Source: Candidatus Hermodarchaeota archaeon
GTDB taxonomy: Archaea; Asgardarchaeota; Hermodarchaeia; Hermodarchaeales; Hermodarchaeaceae
Direction: 5' to 3'
Assembly: GCA_016840065.1 (NCBI GenBank)
Contig: JAEOTB010000062.1
Location: 1 to 22,068 of the forward strand
DNA length: 22,068 bases
Under the pieces are notes generated by a model. The model was not told the DNA's origin and ran no database searches. It worked only from the letters and a program-made list of their open reading frames with translations. The translations under genes were made by a program, and so were the position numbers. Numbering within the stretch: position 1 is the first letter of the stretch; each line of letters begins with the position of its first letter. Shown here in pieces: positions 1 to 7,504 of the stretch.

Positions 1-336
1 ACGGAAGTCAAAGCCGTGGTTGCAGAGGTGTTTGTGGACCTCCTTTGTCATAGCTTCGTGAGCGCCGTAGGTGGTTGAGGTTACTGTGGTACCCCCTGCA
101 TAGCCTATGACCTCTAGGACCACGGTTCTCCCCTCGTCTCGTAGGAGGATAATGATGGCTACTTCAGAGTTGACACGGACGAAGTATTTTGAGCCGAGTA
201 AGATCGCTAGCACAGGGCGGCCCTTTTCTTTGTGGATGCGTAAGAAGATGTTGCCGAAACGTTTCTTTAACGAATCCAGCACGTCCTTGAATCGGGCGCT
301 CACTTCGAATCCTACATAGTAGCCTGGCTGAACCAT
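1..336 (-). CDS. DUF6054-like hypothetical protein, 3' end runs off the window
   Basis: Not in the ORF track. ATG at 336 opens a stop-free frame to base 1 (112 codons): MVQPGYYVGFEVSARFKDVLDSLKKRFGNIFLRIHKEKGRPVLAILLGSKYFVRVNSEVAIIILLRDEGRTVVLEVIGYAGGTTVTSTTYGAHEAMTKEVHKHLCNHGFDFR. The KYFxRVxS...IGxAGG...GA pattern resembles DUF6054 (from memory). Confidence 0.75.
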   Translation of the reverse strand, partial: MVQPGYYVGFEVSARFKDVLDSLKKRFGNIFLRIHKEKGRPVLAILLGSKYFVRVNSEVAIIILLRDEGRTVVLEVIGYAGGTTVTSTTYGAHEAMTKEVHKHLCNHGFDFR

Positions 337-429
337 TGTAGATTCCTTCTAATATTGAGGGGTTTTGTGCAGTCAAAAACTTTGGTAAGATTTCATGTCT
401 CGGTACAAGGCGATTGAGGAACCGGTGCT

Positions 430-1470
430 TCACATGTGTTGCTCTTGGAGTTGTTGCCATTCTCTTGTGAACTGGTCTTTTATTGATTCTTTCTCTTTTT
501 CAGAAAGGAATGATGCAACGACACCGTTCATAGTCATTTGTCTAAGGTCTTCGAGTGTGAAATTGAGCTTTTGAGCCAGCACCATGTATTCTTGGGTGAG
601 AGTTGTGTTGAACATGACAGGGTCATCGGAGTTAACTGTTACCATCAGCCCCCTATCGTAGTATTGTCGTATTGGGTGGCTCTCAAAAGACTCGAACACC
701 TTGGTTCTTATGTTACTAACCACACAGAGCTCTAATGGTATCTGTTTCTCTTTCAGGTATGCGATAAGTTTTGGGTCTTCATGGGCGCGTGCTCCATGTC
801 CTATTCGTTCACAACCAAGTTTCCTTATCGCAGCCCAAATGGAAGGGGGTCCAGCAGCTTCGCCGGCGTGGGCAGTCAGCCTGAATCCTCGTCGTCTTGC
901 CTCCTTGTAGACTGGAGCATAAGGGTCGGCGGGGAATTTGTGTTCGCTTCCACCAAGTCCAATACCAATCAGCCCCTTGCCAAGGTAGTGTTCTGTCTCG
1001 TCGAGACGTTGCATACCCACATCAACTCCATCGCCCCTGACTATGTCCACAATCAACTCAGAGCGAATCCCAAAATCCCTGCGAGCCCGTTCCTTGCCCT
1101 TGATTAAGTATTCAGTGATTCCTTGGACTGTTAGACCTTTGTGTGCGTAATCGCCAGGGGAATAGAATGCTTCAATGTACTTGACGTTCTGCTCGCTCAG
1201 ATTGCGCAGGACCTGATAAGCGATATCCTCGAAATCGCGTTCTTCGGTGATGAAAGTGTTCTTCCAGATCCACAGTTCGATGAAATGGGCAAAGTCGGTG
1301 TAGGTGAGTTTCTGCTCCAAGTCCTCGATTGAGTTAACAGTAGGATCTCCACCTCGTCGTTGTATGAGCGCATACAAGGTCTCTATAGGGATTGCGCCCT
1401 CTAGGTGTAGGTGCAGTTCTATCTTTGGAGCCTTTTGGATTATTACCTCTATCTTAGTTGCGCTTGACAT
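430..1470 (-). CDS. add: Adenosine/adenine deaminase (amidohydrolase superfamily)
   Basis: PKIELHLHLEG (HxH), HAGE, RIGHG, LELCVVSN and NSDDP motifs; 346 aa. Confidence 0.93.
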   Translation of the reverse strand: MSSATKIEVIIQKAPKIELHLHLEGAIPIETLYALIQRRGGDPTVNSIEDLEQKLTYTDFAHFIELWIWKNTFITEERDFEDIAYQVLRNLSEQNVKYIEAFYSPGDYAHKGLTVQGITEYLIKGKERARRDFGIRSELIVDIVRGDGVDVGMQRLDETEHYLGKGLIGIGLGGSEHKFPADPYAPVYKEARRRGFRLTAHAGEAAGPPSIWAAIRKLGCERIGHGARAHEDPKLIAYLKEKQIPLELCVVSNIRTKVFESFESHPIRQYYDRGLMVTVNSDDPVMFNTTLTQEYMVLAQKLNFTLEDLRQMTMNGVVASFLSEKEKESIKDQFTREWQQLQEQHM

Positions 1471-1516
1471 TGTTCTTCGGAAATTTAGGAACTTACATCT
1501 TGATAGGTGTTATTTA

Positions 1517-2011
1517 TCAGCTGTTCCCAAGAAGCTGTTGTGCAATCTGACTGATGCGTGGATCCTTGTCTTTGGCGGCGATTTTCAGGAGTTCAATGGA
1601 GCGTGGTGTGTTGATTTGTTGGAGGGCGCGGCACATGTGACGACGCGCTTCTCTCACAGCTAAGGGGTATGGGTGCTTGAGGAGCTGTTCTAGGTAGTCA
1701 ATACCGTCATCCTTTCGTCGGAACCCAAGAGCGATGGCGACCCACTGCTGAACGTATTCACTGGCCCACTTGTTCGGGTATTTTCCTGGAGATTTGAGTA
1801 CACTCTCAAGGGCGGAGATGTCCTCTGCTTTTCCCACAAGGCCGAGGAGAAACGCGGCTACTGCCCTGTCCGTAATCTCTTCACGGTGCAGGAGAATCTC
1901 TCGAAGTTTCGCAGTATTTCCAGCTTCTTTGTAGGGTAGGAACTGGCGAGCTTTCCTCCGGCGGTCATGTTCAAGCATGGTGTACCTGACTTCAGGGGGA
2001 ACTTTCTGCAT
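1517..2011 (-). CDS. HEAT/PBS-lyase-like repeat protein
   Basis: Repeated helical units RAVAAFLLG, VQQWVAIALG, LLKHPYPLAVREARRHMCRAL, AKDKDPRISQIAQQLL. Confidence 0.7.
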   Translation of the reverse strand: MQKVPPEVRYTMLEHDRRRKARQFLPYKEAGNTAKLREILLHREEITDRAVAAFLLGLVGKAEDISALESVLKSPGKYPNKWASEYVQQWVAIALGFRRKDDGIDYLEQLLKHPYPLAVREARRHMCRALQQINTPRSIELLKIAAKDKDPRISQIAQQLLGNS

Positions 2012-2098
2012 ACACTACTCTAAGCCGGTTCATGATTTTAAGTTTAATTCGGTAAGCCATTGATGACAGATGGATTCGAATCTGCCTAGTGTACAATT

Positions 2099-3850
2099 CT
2101 ATTCGAGTGGACGAAGTTCTAAGAGTCGCCGATGGTCATCCTGGCATTGCAATACTGGAATATAGCTTGATAACGTGTACTCCTCTGCAGTAGGGGTTTT
2201 CTGCTCGTCAGCGGATATACTAACATTGCCGAGATTGGTTGATGCCTGACGAACATAGACATTCATCCGGTTTTCGTTGGTAGTGACACTGTATCCGCCA
2301 GAGTTGATTTCGTCACGGGAAAGAGGCAGCCAAACACCAAATTCTTCTACCAACCCCGTACCACTAGTAGTGTCGGGATCTATTCTGTGTAAATCAGTTT
2401 CCCCAGTGATGTTTGCCGCCTGAACAAGCACATGCTCTGCCGCCCAATAGTCTAGGGCAACCGGGTCGGTGCTTGCCATCAATACATTCACTCTAGTCGC
2501 CTCTGAATAAGGTGTTCGGGGTCCCATGCCACCAAAGGGCGTAAGGGGTCCTGTATTTGCGTTGATCCAGATGGCATCCATAATGTTGAGGGTTGGAAGT
2601 CCACATTCAACCATTAGGGTGCCCATACCACCTGTGGCCACGGAGACGTGGCCATTCGCCAATCCTCCTGGTATACCAGAGGCGCTTTCAGACTGGACTC
2701 CCATATAATTTTTGACTGCCCCAGTTACTCCGTAGACAAAGTGAGATTTCAGCACAGGTGTGTTTATTACGCGTAGTCGGTCTTCATAGGTTGCGCCATT
2801 CCAGATGCCATCCCGGAAGCTGATATAGGTGCCGTATTCAGTTTGAAACTTCGGATAGGAGACGTAGATACCAGTTTCAGGGTCCGCTGTGTCGTATACG
2901 ACGTAGCCGTCGTTAAGGTCACCAGTAGAGTATTCGTCTACCTCGATAGGGCGAATATCTTGCCAGTCATAGGCTGAAACTTGGTAGGTGGAGGAGAACA
3001 TGTCCACAACATCTTGAGCTGACTGGTCTTGGTCTTCGGCATTACATTCCGACCAGTCCAAGTTGCCAACGCCCTGTCCGCTATCTGCTAGGACAATTTC
3101 ACCTACGAATCCATCGGGATGATTGATGATGGCTTGAATAAGCTCTTGGAGCATATCGGTGTTAGTTCCGCCGCGGTAGGGCCATTGCGAATTGAATTTT
3201 ATTAGAATCACGTCATTGGCGGCAATTAGCCCACTAGGTCCTTGGTTGGTTCCGGTTGTGCTTGAGCGGTAGAAGAGTAATCCCTCTGAGCCCATTAGGT
3301 CAATCAGTTCGCTGATGTGTGAGTAGACTCGACCATGGGTCACAAAGATGTCCGATGCAGGAACTGATACTGCATCCTGGGACTCTAGGGTAAGTTGTAT
3401 ATCACCTGGTAAGAAGTTTGGTTCTCCGTTCCCTTGTGGTTGAATAAAAATCCAGACGAGCCCGACACCGATGAAAGCACTAGGGACTATGATAAGCAGT
3501 GCAAGAATCGCTTTCCAGTGACGAGAGAGGAATCCCTTAGTCTGGCTAACGAGGTTAGAGGGTGAAGGCCACCGGAAGCCCAGCAAGGCTGGTGCAGCTG
3601 CAATGGGAACTAAGGCGCTCAGAGAAGAAGATACATGGTCGGCAGCCACTCGCTGACAAGGATACGTGATGCGGGAAGGTTTGGTTCCTGTTCGGATAAG
3701 GAGCCAAGCAAGACTGAATATGCTCAAGAAAAGCATGCTCTTACTGGCGAAGGCTTGTTTCCGTTTACTCCAACCATTATAGCGTAGTATTGAGAACAAT
3801 CCTTGGTTCGTGAGTACTGCAAAAATAAGCGCTTGATTACTCCCTTTCAT
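2099..3850 (-). CDS. DUF362 domain-containing protein with N-terminal membrane segments
   Basis: VILIKFNSQW..RGGTNTD, INTPVLKSH..GVTGAVKNYMG, LNIMDAIW and ASTDPVALDY are typical of DUF362. N-terminal WLLIRTGTKPSRITYPCQ motif and hydrophobic helices. Start uncertain: ATG 3850 chosen, ORF track gives 3889. Confidence 0.85.
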   Translation of the reverse strand: MKGSNQALIFAVLTNQGLFSILRYNGWSKRKQAFASKSMLFLSIFSLAWLLIRTGTKPSRITYPCQRVAADHVSSSLSALVPIAAAPALLGFRWPSPSNLVSQTKGFLSRHWKAILALLIIVPSAFIGVGLVWIFIQPQGNGEPNFLPGDIQLTLESQDAVSVPASDIFVTHGRVYSHISELIDLMGSEGLLFYRSSTTGTNQGPSGLIAANDVILIKFNSQWPYRGGTNTDMLQELIQAIINHPDGFVGEIVLADSGQGVGNLDWSECNAEDQDQSAQDVVDMFSSTYQVSAYDWQDIRPIEVDEYSTGDLNDGYVVYDTADPETGIYVSYPKFQTEYGTYISFRDGIWNGATYEDRLRVINTPVLKSHFVYGVTGAVKNYMGVQSESASGIPGGLANGHVSVATGGMGTLMVECGLPTLNIMDAIWINANTGPLTPFGGMGPRTPYSEATRVNVLMASTDPVALDYWAAEHVLVQAANITGETDLHRIDPDTTSGTGLVEEFGVWLPLSRDEINSGGYSVTTNENRMNVYVRQASTNLGNVSISADEQKTPTAEEYTLSSYIPVLQCQDDHRRLLELRPLE

Positions 3851-4072
3851 TGGTGGTTCCCTATGAGGTTCGGATGTCAGCAACAACAACCCCTTTCGTT
3901 TTCTCAGGACTTGAGAAATTAGTATTAGTGGTTGCGGCGACTCTGGTTTATAAAGGAGACTAATTAGGCATTACTTGTTTCAGGTCGAGGATTCATTTTG
4001 AGTCGTAGCGAATATTAACAGCTCTGTTTGAGGTACCGAGTTGCGCCTCAATGGGCACTGTAATACTGAATG

Positions 4073-4366
4073 TTACTGTGACTGGACTCGAACCAATTCG
4101 AAGGTGACTGGATTCTTGCCATCAGGACAAGTATGAGTTGCGACACATTGATCACGGAGCCAAGGAAATCGGGCATTATATCGCATGGCGTAGACCTTCG
4201 GTAGCATTGAGTATAGGGCACTGATGCAGATTCTGCCCTTCACCTCATCACCAGTGAATAGGATCTCATCGCCGACTTTGTGCTTTTCATGGCATGTTCC
4301 TTCCTGTTTAATGACGCGGCAAAGAATCTGCCAAGGAGCATCACGAATACAATCTGAGTCAGACAT
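4073..4366 (-). CDS. TIGR04076-family small Cys-containing protein
   Basis: GTC...HKVGDE...ICISAL...P.VYAM...FPW...CPD..NPVTFEL pattern; 97 aa. Confidence 0.8.
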   Translation of the reverse strand: MSDSDCIRDAPWQILCRVIKQEGTCHEKHKVGDEILFTGDEVKGRICISALYSMLPKVYAMRYNARFPWLRDQCVATHTCPDGKNPVTFELVRVQSQ

Positions 4367-4399
4367 GACTTCCCTAAGATTGGTTATACTAGAAAAGAT

Positions 4400-5137
4400 T
4401 TAGGTACTGTCTCTCTGTTCTGCGATAGCTCGTTTCCAATCTCGGACGATGCGCCGTTCTCTGTTAAAGTGTCCCATTTCACCAGCCTTTCTTGACCCAG
4501 AGATTATTGCTAGAGTTTCGAAGGCAAGAAGGAGCAGCATTATAACTAGACCAAACAAGTCACAACTTAGAAAGAAGCCTAGGGCACCGACCCAAGCGGC
4601 GGTGATTACAGTCCATATGCCAGCTAGAAAGAAAAACCATTGGCGTCGAGGAGGGGATGCTTTCAAGTAGGACACATAATTCACCTTGAGGGTTGGCTCG
4701 TAGTAGGGGTCTCGACTGATACCATCTAGGCGAATTCCAAAGATTCGGCTAGCGAGTAATCGTCCAAATGGATAGAGAAAAGCAACAGCACCAAATACCA
4801 TGAGCACACGAAGAATTATCACAAACACAATATCGTTGATTAGAACACCAGAATATTGCGGTCCAAGTGTGATAGCCCAAATGTAACCATAGACACACAA
4901 CAAGCCAAAGATGAGAAAGAATACAAGTAATTTCAAAGACTTGGGAGTTCCCAACCGTTGCTCATAGAGTACATCACGGATTTCAGCAGCTTTGAATACA
5001 AGCGAGTCGTCAGGGGCAGGCATGCGTTTGATTCTACCCACTATTCGCCAGAACCGACGCCGTGTTTCTTCATCCACCTCTTTTGGAGAAGCTGAAACTC
5101 GCTTTTGTATTGTCTTCAGCTCTTTTAGAAGAGTCAT
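4400..5137 (-). CDS. Integral membrane protein, M50/site-2-protease-like but lacking HExxH
   Basis: Four hydrophobic segments; GIR...P.LKVNYVSYLKASP.RR...AG pattern; no HExxH. The CDS is well supported, the family is inferred. Confidence 0.65.
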   Translation of the reverse strand: MTLLKELKTIQKRVSASPKEVDEETRRRFWRIVGRIKRMPAPDDSLVFKAAEIRDVLYEQRLGTPKSLKLLVFFLIFGLLCVYGYIWAITLGPQYSGVLINDIVFVIILRVLMVFGAVAFLYPFGRLLASRIFGIRLDGISRDPYYEPTLKVNYVSYLKASPPRRQWFFFLAGIWTVITAAWVGALGFFLSCDLFGLVIMLLLLAFETLAIISGSRKAGEMGHFNRERRIVRDWKRAIAEQRDST

Positions 5138-5177
5138 GATGTAATGACTTATTGTGGTGTTAGACTTTTAGCTTCTG

Positions 5178-6278
5178 CTATGTATTGTGCCAGAGGGAAG
5201 ATGCAATGACAGTCGCCCTGTTAGTGAGCCAGAGCTTAAGATATCGGTGAATGTTCTCTTCAGTGCGATAGACATCTTCTTGAATCTCCCTTTTTGCTTG
5301 GAGTCCATCGAGTATGTTTTCTTCTTTCAAAGCAGAATGATACTTTGAGGCAGCATGGTCTATAGTTCCTGTCTCTAGGGCATATGCTGCAGTCTCAGCT
5401 GCGATACGTCCTGAAGTGACTGAATAAGGGATACCCTTCCCACTAAGGGGGTCTACGAGACCAGCTGCATCTCCAACGGCTAGAAGCCCTCCTTTCCCGA
5501 ATTCCTGCCGTAAGGCTGCCGGCAGCATGTGAGCGACACGATGCACAACCTTACCCCCCGCTAACTGATTCTTTAAACGACGTAAGAAATTGTCAAACGC
5601 CAACTTTAGATTCTTGGTATTAGAAAGACGGCATCCCAACCCTACACTCACTGTTTCCCTTTTTGGAAAGACCCAACCGTATCCAATTGGTGAGATATCA
5701 TGACCAAAATAAAGGTGGAGATGTTGATCTCCAAATCGCTGAGCTATGGTTTTCTCTCCTAGCTTGATTTCATGTGTTACAGTTTGAGCTACTTCATCCG
5801 GTCTAAACCGGTTCCAGCCAAAGCATCGAAGAACGGTAGATGTGACTCCATCAGCTGCGATTAACATCCTTGCCTGAAATTTGTGTTCTGGCGTTTGCAC
5901 ATAGAATATACCATCCTCTTGATGCGCTGCCACAACCTGTTCCCGCTCCTTCAGCTCTGCACCAGCGTCCATTGCTTGTCTTGTGAAGAAGGAGTCAAGG
6001 TCAGCACGCCAAAGACAAGCTCCCTTTCCCTCTTTCTCATATGTTTGGTGGTCTAGATGGTGGAGGACAAGATACTCAATTGAGCGCTCAATTATGCTCT
6101 CGGGTAGCCGTGCTTCATCGACGAATTCTTGTGTTACACCACCACCGCAGGCCTTGTATCGCGGCAATGAATACTTTTCCAGCAATAGTGTGGCGAATCC
6201 TTTTTCTGCCAACACTTCGGCAGCATATGATCCACCCAAACCTGCACCGCAAATGATAACATCCCAAAGCTTAGACAA
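5178..6278 (-). CDS. Geranylgeranyl reductase family FAD-dependent oxidoreductase
   Basis: DVIICGAGLGG, YKACGGG, IAADG, PIGYGWVFPK (PxxYxWxFP) and VGDAAGLVDPLSGKGI. Likely start is TTG at 6278 with GGTG upstream; ORF track gives 6302. Confidence 0.9.
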   Translation of the reverse strand: MSKLWDVIICGAGLGGSYAAEVLAEKGFATLLLEKYSLPRYKACGGGVTQEFVDEARLPESIIERSIEYLVLHHLDHQTYEKEGKGACLWRADLDSFFTRQAMDAGAELKEREQVVAAHQEDGIFYVQTPEHKFQARMLIAADGVTSTVLRCFGWNRFRPDEVAQTVTHEIKLGEKTIAQRFGDQHLHLYFGHDISPIGYGWVFPKRETVSVGLGCRLSNTKNLKLAFDNFLRRLKNQLAGGKVVHRVAHMLPAALRQEFGKGGLLAVGDAAGLVDPLSGKGIPYSVTSGRIAAETAAYALETGTIDHAASKYHSALKEENILDGLQAKREIQEDVYRTEENIHRYLKLWLTNRATVIASSLWHNT

Positions 6279-6431
6279 TTTTACGCACCAAATCGAGTCC
6301 ACTTCTAGTTAACAAATTTGAAAACAATGTAGTGTATAAAACAATTTAGAACAGAACGTCATACTGGAAAAGTTCTTATTCACTATTCCTTGAAGTTGAA
6401 TACTAAGAGCCTTTCGCAAGGGATGATACTG

Positions 6432-6938
6432 ATGCAACCAAAGAGCTCGGACTCTGAAACGAATTGGAAACAAACCGTCTATAATTGGCTCGCTGAAGAG
6501 GGGATGTTCAGAAAGGAGGTTGACGACCCCAAGGCGAAATTCCATTTCAGCGCCAACTATCCAATAGGTTCACCATATCAGGTTGAAATCATTAAACCGC
6601 GCGACATGAAGGACGGAATCTTGGTTGTAGCGGTTCTTCGCGTGGCACCACAGCATCGTCAGCGACTAACAAAGATGGCACCAGAAAAACGCAAAGATCT
6701 GATTTTTAAACTTAAATTAAGCTTGTTGCAGCAGCGCCCTGGTTTTTCTGTAAAGGAAAGGGATGGTGCGTGGGATGCCGCCCAATTTCAAGTCCGTCTT
6801 CTCTTTGATACACTGAGTAAAACCCGTCTCCTCGAAGCCATTGATGAGGTGTTTAGGTGTATGCTTGTTGTTATTTGGACTTTTGCAAACGCTTTTGGTA
6901 TGCCTACAAACGCTCAACAACCTGGCTTCTACGCGTAG
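6432..6938 (+). CDS. DUF2299-like archaeal protein
   Basis: VYNWLAEEG....VDDPKAKFHF...YP..., H...L..M..EKRKDLI..LK..LL, ..DTLSKTRLLEAI pattern. Start uncertain (6390, 6423 or 6432). Confidence 0.7.
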   Translation: MQPKSSDSETNWKQTVYNWLAEEGMFRKEVDDPKAKFHFSANYPIGSPYQVEIIKPRDMKDGILVVAVLRVAPQHRQRLTKMAPEKRKDLIFKLKLSLLQQRPGFSVKERDGAWDAAQFQVRLLFDTLSKTRLLEAIDEVFRCMLVVIWTFANAFGMPTNAQQPGFYA

Positions 6939-7006
6939 CTAAATCAAGACTACATCCAGCATGTGGTTCAATAATAATCCTAAATTGTAAGGGTGGGTTG
7001 GGTGAG

Positions 7007-7138
7007 GGGCTATAGCGGATTAGACACATCCAAAAAAGGACACAATTGGAGGGGAGAGGGAATGGTTTTTCTAGGGAGGGATGGAGTGCCTGATCTTTCG
7101 CTGCCCCAACAGGGATTTCCTGTCCCCAGGAATAGCCC
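7007..7138 (-). ncRNA. Candidate structured non-coding RNA (unknown family)
   Basis: Intergenic. Terminal stem GGGCUAU/AUAGCCC encloses four further helices whose G-U pairs work on the minus strand. AT-rich TATA-like sequence at 7152-7166 lies upstream on that strand. Confidence 0.4.
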
Positions 7139-7282
7139 ATCGAATTCGCCCTTTAAATTTTATTAACTTACTAAGCCCAACCCTTCGCAGGTCAATGAAT
7201 CCTCTCAGTTCTTCAATGATTCACTCAACTATTGAATTTCATGGACTATTAGGGAGAATTATGGCAAAGGAGTTTTTACGCT

Positions 7283-7498
7283 ATGGTCTTTTGTCGAAAG
7301 TGCGGAAAAGAAAATGACGACGACGCTGACTACTGTAATTCTTGTGGGACATCGCTAAAGACGATGAAGCGGCGTAAGGCATCTGATGAGTGCTTCGGAG
7401 AAAATAGCTCAGACGATGAATGCGTCGGACTCCCGTATGGTATTCCCCGGCAGGCTGACTTCCCTGGTAGCGCTAGCTACTCTTCTTGGGTATTCTAG
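7283..7498 (+). CDS. Zinc-ribbon domain protein (short, possibly frameshifted or truncated)
   Basis: MVFCRKCGKENDDDADYCNSCGTSL (CxxC-x10-CxxC) then DECFG..DDECVGLPYG. AGGAG upstream. Confidence 0.7.
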   Translation: MVFCRKCGKENDDDADYCNSCGTSLKTMKRRKASDECFGENSSDDECVGLPYGIPRQADFPGSASYSSWVF

Positions 7499-7504
7499 GT
7501 AGCT

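Noticed and set aside
107-1663. Short ORFs 107..319, 164..460, 538..735, 701..910, 781..1107, 1141..1332 and 1304..1663
   Set aside because: Shadow frames overlapping better-supported minus-strand genes. The same applies to the other short ORFs inside the DUF362, GGR, ABC, corA, M42, mscS, PHP and rSAM genes.
7006-7130. GGCTATAGCGG resembles the 5' end of archaeal 5S rRNA
   Set aside because: No CCGAAC/CGAAC loop or GAAGTTAAG motif follows, and the helix pattern does not match 5S.
6904-7317. ORFs 6904..7140 (-) and 7081..7317 (+)
   Set aside because: No recognisable motifs, each overlaps a neighbouring gene, and composition is better explained by the structured G/C-tract element. Coding cannot be fully excluded for 6904..7140, whose ATG is near the predicted TSS.
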